A stretch of DNA of 58,326 nucleotides from Paramecium tetraurelia (Eukaryota). The stretch is from the NCBI GenBank assembly GCA_000165425.1, contig CT868152.1, positions 496,001-554,326 of the forward strand, given 5' to 3'. The first letter of the stretch is position 1, and each line of letters opens with the position of its first letter. Below are positions 41,059 to 51,014 of this stretch, piece after piece. Under the pieces are notes generated by a model. It saw nothing but the letters and a program-made list of their open reading frames with translations, ran no database searches and was not told the origin of the DNA. The translations under genes and the position numbers were made by a program.

Positions 41059-41500
41059 ATTTATTAAAATTAAGAACTTAAAAATAATTAGGCTTAACAA
41101 CTTAGAAAACTTAAAAAAAGTCTTATGATTACTATGAAGATGCTTTACTAATATTATATTCGAGTTTGATGGAAATTTATTTGATTAGATAGTTAACAAT
41201 ACATATTTGTAAACATGAAATGAATTAAGACAAAAGAATTCGGACCTATTTAATTCACATTTGCAAGATTGTTTTTCAGTTTTATAATTCAATTAATGTA
41301 TAAAATTTTGACAACTAAAATATTAATTTGTAATTGAATAAATTATATATACCAATTTATTCGATGCAAATTAAAGTAGATAAATTACATGATATAGTAA
41401 TTATAGTTTACTCTGTTTCTTTCTATTTACCATTACTATCAATTAATTCTATTTTATAATTTACTACTAAATAATTTTATCAAATATTTTTTTAGATAAA

Positions 41501-41995
41501 ATGAAATTTAGGTCTTAATTTATTATGAGAAGTATTTCTAATAGTAATAATTCTGAAAATAATAGAATATTGAAATAATTCTAGAATATCATGTTCAATC
41601 TACTTAATTCATAAATAAAGACTTACCCTGATTGAATAAATTAAAATATAGCTGAAGATTAAGGCAAAATATGGAGGAGCTCAGAAGAAGATGAAACTGC
41701 TTAACCAATTTATGAGAATATTATAAATTTGCGAGAAAATACCTTCTAAACTCCAAATCCTTTTTATGCTTTCTTGAGGAAAGTAAGATAGATTTAAAAA
41801 ATCAATCATATTTATCCATTTATGGAACCGAATTATATTAAATCAATATAAATTATAAATTTTAAGGTGATTGCTCAAAAACCAAATATCAGTTAAAATG
41901 AAAGAATAAATCTATATGTTCAAATTCTTTTTTCATGTAAATCTATAGGATTATATAATAAAAACAAAAATGTTACTAAATCAATTCATTCATGA
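41501..41995 (+). pseudogene. Degenerate tandem HMG-box-like ORF with one in-frame TGA
   Basis: One frame from ATG 41501 to TGA 41995, interrupted only by TGA at 41633-41635; YPD*INQNIAEDQGKIWR and TPNPFYAFLRKVR weakly resemble HMG boxes. Confidence 0.35.
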
Positions 41996-42103
41996 TTAAG
42001 TATTTATAAAGCAAATAAATGCTCGTAAATTTATTGATTATGATTGTAATGACGCCTGAATAGAAAATGCATATATGTATTTATATTGTACAACAGAAAT
42101 TAA

Positions 42104-42541
42104 TCATTCCTTTTTCTCTTCTGCTCTAATTTTACCTTTTCCATTTGTTAATCTAACATTAAGTTCAGCTGCTCTTCTAACAAGAGTAGCTCTTTTTCTA
42201 GCTGAAAGATTGTGTGCTAATTCACCTGCAAAACTTCTATTATTTGTGAGCAATAACTCAAGATCTTTTTCATTGGTGATTAACAATTTTCTGAAACCAG
42301 TTTAATCCAAGTATCTAAAAGGTCATTTGATTTCACAATACCTTGTCTTTTTATCACCTCTATAACCAGCTTTTGGCATAGGTCTATTTCCTCTGAATCT
42401 TCTTCTGACTCTGTTATCAATACCTCTTGGTCTTCTCCAGCTTGGTCTTAATTTGTGGGGATAGTCTTCTGATTCAAATCTAACAAATCTCTTTGTTCTC
42501 TTGTGAACTATTCTTTTATGAGCAAGTGACTTGACAACCAT
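42104..42541 (-). CDS. RPL32: 60S ribosomal protein L32 (eL32)
   Basis: [17 protein letters not shown]...[17 protein letters not shown]...KTRY; 27-nt intron 42315-42341. Confidence 0.98.
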
Positions 42542-42973
42542 ATTTTAATTAAAAATAAAAGATTTTAATTCAAAAATTCTTCATCATTTTCAAGTATATA
42601 TTTCATAATAATATATTGTTTTTAAAGGGTTCGTTGATGAATATGCTTTGAGAGAAAGCTTTCATTGAGAGTGTTTACACATTTTGATACCTTTAAGACG
42701 CTTAACCATTTCAATTTAATTTAGATGAAGATGTATAATAATAAAAATATGGGTATATTATAAATCGAAATGAATTTTATTTATTATGAATAATAATTCA
42801 AATTCAAATATCACAAAATTCCTAGGTTTCCCTCCAAAAATTTAAAATAATTAATCAGGATGTAGAAATTAACTATGATTAGGATTGGATTTAGGATATA
42901 GATAAAAGATATTTAAATATCCACTATTTAAACAGTGGTTATAATCATAAAATAGAATTGAAATCAAATTATT

Positions 42974-43736
42974 TCATAGTGTAATGCTTTGTGAGCTGCA
43001 TATTATTGATCTTTTAAATCCCTATTTTTTAATCATTTTCTTTTTTATTTTTGGAGTCTTTTTTTCATCTTTTGTAGTCAAATGTTAAATTTTAGTACTA
43101 ATTTTGCTGATTATCTAATACTATTTGATTTAAATACATTTTTTGTATTTTGAGACAAGTTTGATGTATCTTATGAGTAAAAATTTCTAATTGCCTCAAA
43201 CAATTCATATTTTTGAAAGTATAGAAATTCAGAATCAAGAGTTACAAACAATACTAAGTCAGTTTATACATCTTCACCATCAAAATAATCAGTTATTGTA
43301 GTAATATTTGCATCATACTCAATAAGAGATAGAATACTTATTTCCATATCTGTTATTTCTCCAGAACTATATTTAGATTGACATTAGTCGACACAGTCTT
43401 GAACATTAATCTATATTTTGGTTTGGCATTCATTGAACTAAAGAAATATATATCATTAATAACCTTTACTGCTATCATTAACGAAACTATGCCTAGCAAA
43501 TCTGCTCTTTCAGAATGGATTTGGTTTTTTGAAACAAATAATTTGCTTAGAATGGCAGCTAATTCAATTGTTTTGATTTCCAATTTATTTTACTCGCCAA
43601 CCTAATATCAAGATAAATATAAAACCTAAAAGATCCAATGTATAAGCATCTCAAGCATTTGAAGCATTTGCTCAGTTATACTTATATCCAATTTTATATC
43701 TCTCTTTAGAAGGTAGTTATAGTGATCCAAATCCAT
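42974..43736 (-). CDS. Cyclin (N-terminal cyclin box)
   Basis: LIHWIFQVGEQNKLEIKTIELA...LLGIVSLMIAVKFNE...EITDMEISILSLIEYD; three introns of 24, 26 and 23 nt restore the frame. Confidence 0.85.
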
Positions 43737-43799
43737 GAGTTTTTTTATAAAATATTATAATTTGAAAAAAATTGAACCAATAAGAGAATCTTGTAGTGG

Positions 43800-45770
43800 T
43801 ATTTATCGAATTAGTGTTAACTATGTAAAATACTAAACCTTTCTATATGATCCTCCTAAAAATCACAATTAGAATAATGATATTTTCAATAAATACCTTC
43901 AAGATCATGAAATAATGTTATAAATTAGATTAAAGAAAGAATTTATTAAATTTTGAAGACTAATACCAAAAAGGCTATTTTTCTTTTATGAAAATGAATC
44001 TTGCAGTAATTATCAAATTTAATTCTTTATTGCTTTTATTAAATTACTAATACTTTATATTCCATTACATAATGCCTCAATCATCTAAATCTGATGAGAG
44101 GATTTTGATGAATTAACCAAAAATAATTAAATCAATGGATCATCATTGCATTAAGATTTATGAGCATGCAATTTTCGAATTATTATCAATTTGGCTCTAA
44201 AATCATTAATGAAAATTCTTTCCAACTCACTTGATGTGGCTATATTCGTTAAAACTTTCTAATAAATCTCTTCAGAGATTACTAATCTTAATTAAATAAA
44301 TCATTATTTGATTTTAAATAACCAATGCATTTACAATTTTTATATCTTGTTTTAGTGACGCCTCCAAACATCTTCTGGCAATATAATCAAATTTAGGATC
44401 TCAAATCCAAAATAAAAAAATCTTAAAAATAGTTAAAGTTGTGATGAGAATCATATAATAATTATTTAATCTATATCTTAAATTAATTTATAAATTGAAC
44501 AATCATTTATTTTCGGAATCAAAATCAAGTTCACAGATTTAAATTTAAGATTAATTCTTCAATCACTCTAAATTCACACCTGAAATCAAATTTTGATAAC
44601 TAAAACCACAGTTTTATAAATTTAATCAAACCGTTTTATTCTCTTAATTTCTAAAAAATTAGCATACTCCTCAATATTTTGCTTTCAAACCCTAATTTGA
44701 TAATTACTTTATGTGAAACCCTAATTTCTAATTTGTTGTTTTTGTAGAATTAATTCATTATTCTTATTTTCTATCAAAATCTTTTGAGATTAAAAAATAT
44801 ATTATAATTACTGTTTTAGAATTTGATTTATTTTTATTCTTCCATTTCTTATTATGATTAAAAGAACTTTTACTTGATATAAAAAGTAATTAAATTTCCA
44901 ACTCTTCATTTTACTAAAATAGTGATTTCTAAAATTGTGACTTTGATTATATTTAGTGAATTATATATATCTATCACTATTTCTTAATTTTTTTTGCATT
45001 CTAAATTGAATAATTTTGTTTATATATATCATCCTTGTTACAATTAGTTGATGATGAAGGTTTATTTTTGCATACAATATGTATGTTTTTTTGTGAATTA
45101 TTATTGCTGCTAATATAATTATTTTTTCTATTTTGAATTAATTGTCTTATTAATAGTTTGGGCTGATGTTTTCATCAAAAACAATATTATGTTGAAATTT
45201 CAGATTGTTAATTATTACTAAAAGCTTTAAGGTTTACTTTAATTTTCTTAATGGGTAATCACTCAGCATTAAATTGATATTTAGTCGTGCACATTTATAA
45301 AAAAAAGAATATGTTGTTTTTGTATGGTAGAATTAATTTTTGTATTGTTTCAGGGATGAAAAATAGAAGTGTCTATAATTTTGATTGCCCTATCTTATCC
45401 AACATACAAAGCATAAACCAATTAAATCTTTCTGGTTTAAATAAAAATTGTGTTTATTTTAATAACGAACTTAGAGTGCATTAAAAATTCAATAATGAAT
45501 CGCTTTTTCAGTTCTCTATAATAATTAAGCAGAATCAGTCCTTCTATTCAATAAGATTAACCGATATTGATGATTCAGTCTTGCAGAAACTTATTAAGGT
45601 ACTGTTTAATTACAAATCAATGAGCCATCTTAATCATAGGATGTGACTAAATGTGTTTTACTATATACTCTAATCCAGCTATTAATTTCTTATGTATTTG
45701 AATTAGCCTTCATTGACTTAGCATCCATAGCTACTAAATGATTCATTATCATTAATTATTCTTCCATTGT
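43800..45770 (-). pseudogene. Probable decayed gene
   Basis: Coding-like minus-strand blocks beginning MEEQLMIMNHLVAM with a micro-intron, but several in-frame TGA codons. Boundaries approximate. Confidence 0.35.
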
Positions 45771-46397
45771 CCTCAATTTATAATATTAAATTTATAATGT
45801 TATTTTTTTATTGCTAATTAATTACATAAAATATGTATCAATAATTTCCAACTCATTGTTACTTCTCATAGTTTTTAAAAGTTAAAAATGCTGATAAACT
45901 AAATAACAATTCAAAGACTATAAATATCAAAGCAACCACATTTATTATTATCTCCAAAATAACAATATAAGTTTACAAGACTATGAAAAATATATAGAAG
46001 AATATGCATGGGAAAATAAGTAAAACAAACCTAGAATAGTGATTTTTTGGTACCATAAAATTTATGATGGAGATTCAGTTTTATTGCCAATCGATCCTAA
46101 TATCAATCGAGGGAATTAACAAAATGCCAATAAAAATTGTAAGAATATTTCAATTCCTATTTTATTTGGAGGGTAAAATAATCCATAACCCTTGTAAATA
46201 AAGACAATTATTTCTATTATGAAATAGATATACTAACTATAACTCTGATATGAATACTGTAAAAATATAATCAAAATACAGGAAAGTTTACAATGGAATA
46301 GAAGCCAAAGGCCTTTTTTCGTCATTAATATTGGATGCCTCCTTCATTTGCTAAATTTGAAATTAAATTAATTGTATTATTTATTTATAAAATATAA

Positions 46398-48141
46398 TCA
46401 AGATGAAAATCTTTGTTGAACTACAAAACTAATCAACGTAAATAATCCAACAACTAAATTTTAGAGAATTTCGTAGGTTATCCTAATTCCGTAGAGTTTC
46501 AAAGGGTAATTTCTGCTATCATATTCAATATGTCTTTAAGCATTATCTAAAGAATCAATTAAATTGTCTATTCTTTAATAGATAATTAAGTTGTCATTAT
46601 CATGTTAAGCTTTAAGATGATTAACAAAAGATTTATGAACAAAATTTTAAGGCTCTGAATTATTTTCTTCAAAATATTGCTTCCTCATTCTTTTGACATC
46701 TTGGCAAATGAACTTTAAATTTTCGATTTGTGTTTTGAAGTCCTCAAAAAATTAGTTAATTTTAGCTGCACTTAATAAATATAAGGAGATGAAAAACAAA
46801 AATATTAAAAAGATAATCCCTAACGTAATCAAATAGTAATAATCCAGTTAGAAATAGTCCAATATAATTTAAAAAGAAAAAATAATACTTGCGACACAAC
46901 ATAAAATTAATATTGTATGATAGATTTAGTTCCTTATGTGGTAAGAGGCTCCATAATCAAAGGCTATAGATCTTAACATACTCCAGGCCTCTATTGTTCT
47001 TGGACAATTTATATCAATGGTTGGTGTTAATTTAAATTCATTACAACGTACTCTCTTAGTACTGATTAAATAATACACCTAATCTAATAAAAATATTTTT
47101 CTTTTCATATCTTCAAGTGAAATCAGTAAGTATAAGAATATGCAATTAAATTATAAAATCTAAAATACTCCACAAACAATATTTAAGAATATTTCGACTG
47201 GATTTTACAGATATCTCTCATATGCTAAGACTTTTGGAGTGATTACAACAATAAAGCTGATTAGGAGAGCCACAGTAAGTTGATTTTTTCTTGTATTTAG
47301 CGATTAATACGAATCGATAAAATAGGATATCAAATTTATTCCACCATAAGCACCCTCATGAGGAAGATTTAATTAAGTTTCTTTATCATCCAATAATGCA
47401 TATTGAGTTTCTTTTAATGGTTCAACTAAAAAATTAAAGCAGAAAAACTATGTATCAAAATCATGTCTTTTGGCTGCTTTTGCTATTTCTAAATTTTTGA
47501 TTTTTTTGGATTATATTGCCCAATCAAATAAAACAACATCAAAATATATAATTTATTTACTTAAACGAGTACTTTCATACAGTTCAACTCTCTCTTCATT
47601 AAGAGTGGAGAATTTAGCAGCAACTATAATAGACCTAGTCAATAATGAAAACCATAAAAGACCTATTTCTAATGAGGAAAGAGATTTGAAATAAAAATAC
47701 ATTAAAAGGCAAAATATGTGTCCTACCCATTAAATATACTAAAAAACTACATCTTATCTAAAGGACCAAAATCCTAAGTTAAACATTAAAGCTGGTTTAT
47801 TTAGAAGGAATAGATAAACAAATGGTCCAAAAATGTAAAACATCTAACTTTAAAAATTTAGATCTTACCAGCTAATAAATATAGAACTTTATAAAATGAG
47901 TCATTATGAACTCAGCTTTGTATGATAAATCTTACTTCTATTTTTGGCATTTTGTTTCATGAAATGGGGCTTCATCAATAGTTGAATTAAGTTTATTAAA
48001 TAGTGCTTACAATTCAAAGTCCTCTTCAGGCTATATTTTATCTTCTGTAACTGAATCCCTTTAAATCTTTTCAACATTAACAATAAAACTTCCAGAGGGA
48101 GCAGGAGAATCGTCTTATTTTTAAGTATTTATTTCTTCCAT
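46398..48141 (-). CDS. Multipass membrane protein (572 aa), PHTF / gustatory-receptor-like 7TM ion-channel fold candidate
   Basis: Intact ciliate-code ORF after removing the 25-nt intron 47844-47868; 7-8 hydrophobic helices; C-terminus YPLKLYGIRITYEILQNLVVGLFTLISFVVQQRFSS. Confidence refers to the gene; family assignment is less certain. Confidence 0.85.
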
Positions 48142-48184
48142 TTTATTTAAATTAATAGTAAAATTAAAATTAGGATCATAAAAA

Positions 48185-50025
48185 TCATTATAAAAATAAC
48201 TTTGCTTGATTTTTATAGAGTTGTAATTTTAAAATCTTTTCTGGATCATCCTCCTGGAAATAGACAACAGCTTTTTCTACCCAAAAATCTTTTTTCTTGT
48301 TATTTGGTTGTAAATTCATCATAAAATGCAACTACTTTATAAATTACTCTTACTTTTTTGGCATTTTTAACAAGAGCTTTAATAACAGGCATTTCAGTGA
48401 GATCTTAAGCAGTTTTACCTGCAACTGTCTTAATAGAAGGATTAGCCTGATAGACTAATAATACCCTAACAGTATCACAATTGTTGTTTTTTGCTGCTAA
48501 ATGCAAAGGAGTTCTTCCCACTAAAATATTTATTATATTACTCATGTCTCTTGCATCCAAATCAGCACCATTTTCCACCAATAATTTTATCGCTTCAATA
48601 GAATTAATACTAACAGCATGATGCAAAGCAGTTTTTTATTAATTATCCCTATCATAAACGTGAAATCTACAATCACGTAAAATGTTTTCAATCTCCCTTA
48701 TATTATCAGCTTTAACTTGTCTAAAGAATTCAACACTGTTTGGTCTTTCGTATGCTTAAGTTGGAAACACTTAATTATTTACTACATCCTCTAACGTAAT
48801 GTTAAATCTTTTCAATTTATCCATGAAATTCCTTAATGCCTTCATCACTCTCAGTTTTAAATCAGCTTTAGCATCTTCATTTAGTTTAGTAGCCTAGTCA
48901 CTTTGTAATCTAGCAGAGGATTACGATTTCATAGTTCTTAAGGTTCTTAAGGTAGATTAAGGGTATTATTGTTGTGATTATAACGCTTTTTTATTCTTTC
49001 TTATATGATTCATTGTATATTTCACTTCCCTTATATCCTCACGAAATTTCTTAACATTTGTTATCATTCCATTTACTAGTTTTTATTCCTCTTTTATCAA
49101 TTATTCAGTCTATTCTTTCATTCTACCATCAATTTTATCCTAAATTATTCTAAATGATTAACATAATTATACTTAAAAAATTAATCCATCTAAGACTTTG
49201 GAATGAAAACATCAAAATCTTAATTCTCTTCAGTTTTTTATCTCTATTAGGCCACTTAGTCTATCATCATCTCGTGTTTTTAACCATAATTTCTTTTAAA
49301 TATAATATTCTTCTCTTGAGTTGGTTTTCTGTATTTGGAAAATCTGATTTGATCAATGAATTTATTTTATAGGTTCTCAAACTCTCCTTCGTCATCAGAG
49401 GCATACAATGCTTTTGACATTTCTTTCGCAGATTATTATAAAGCTTATGCAGATTTCTCCATCTGAATTATGGATTCATAGCTATTCTTTTCTAGATTTC
49501 CATTTAAAAAATTGGCAACAATTTTACCGGTGGTACTATGCTATTGTTACATTATTGCACATAAAAAGTGAGTTTACTCTAATAGTTTTTCTTTTGGTTC
49601 CTCGTTCTTAACAGAATGAGGCTAACTTGTATTATTTGTATTAATATTTCTCAAATTCGTAACTTTATTTCCTCTTTTCAAAGGTGGCTTATTAGGCGCC
49701 AATTAAACAGTTTCAAGTTTGTTTTTGTAAGATATCTATACATTATTTTTCTTCAGACCAGTTATTTAATCTGGATCAGGAGAAAATGAATAATATTTCG
49801 GTGATTATGTTGGTGAACAATTATAACTGATAAAATTTGTAGAGTTGGTTGGACTTGCTTATAACAATGCGGAAGTTTTCGATATATTTGGGTAGCTTGT
49901 TGTTAGTGTGCTTATTACAATGTAGATGCTGTAGCATTTCGAAATTTCTTTTATTTAGATGCAACTTGCATTTCCGATCTTAATCTAGCTTGCTCTTGTA
50001 CCAACATATGTCCTAATTTTATCAT
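48185..50025 (-). CDS. Ankyrin-repeat protein (C-terminal ANK repeats)
   Basis: KTALHHAVSINSIEAIKLLVENGADLDARD, GRTPLHLAAKNNNCDTVRVLL, GKTAQDL; low-complexity N-terminus; short introns. Confidence 0.88.
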
Positions 50026-51014
50026 TTTTATTTTTTTATTAATAAATTTTAGTCCTTTTTAATCTTTGGTCATTGAAAAAATCATCTAAACATGAACCTT
50101 ATAGATATAACTCATAAATAAAATTCTTGAAAAACTTGGATGATATTATGGTTTAGGCTATTTATTGATGCAATTAAAAAAAATATATTATAAAACCATT
50201 TGTTAGTTTACAAATTTATTGTCTTTCAAATCATTTCAAGTTATTCATACCAAATATTCAAAAAAATTTGGTATATCAATATACACATATTTATAAGAGA
50301 GTCATTCTAAGATTATTTAATTATTCTTTAATGATATAAAAAAAAATACATTCACTTATTTATCCTAAACCAATATTTCACATTTGATTATTTTTGAATT
50401 ATGATACATTCATATAAAAAGGATAATAAAAGATAATATTTTTAATTAAAGCATATGAATACTTAATGCATCTAAAGGCTAAAATTAAAAAATATATATA
50501 CGTATATTATTTTTGAATATTGCTTAATAACTTATCTGTGTTTCTGCAAAAATTAATTTAAATGTTATTAGCTTCCTTTTCTACTGCATAAATTGCCATT
50601 TTAGCATCTCATAATTTCATATTTTAATCACATAGTTTTTTTTCTTTATTATCCTTACCAAATAATTGTTCCTTTGCTTTGATGTTTAACTTTCATCCTT
50701 GGATTTCATCTAATTGTTTAAAATATCTATCTATTATACCTTTGCAATAATAATATTCAGAATTTCTTAATCATAATTTTAAAAAACTTCTTCAAATCTG
50801 TTCATTGTATATGTAATTTATATTTAATAGAGTATTTTCCTTGCTGAAGGTAATTAATTGTCTGAAATCTTAATTTAATAACTGTTATAAAATCATTAGT
50901 CACAAATAATTCAAAAAGGAGTGTGAATAATAAGAAATTTATTAATTATCCAATTAAAATAAGAAATTTTTAAATATTTTGTAACCAGGTGGAATTATTA
51001 TTTAAATTGATAAT

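Noticed and set aside
47470..47694. Plus-strand ORF-track entry
   Set aside because: Antisense shadow of the intact minus-strand membrane protein gene; the same applies to many other listed short ORFs.
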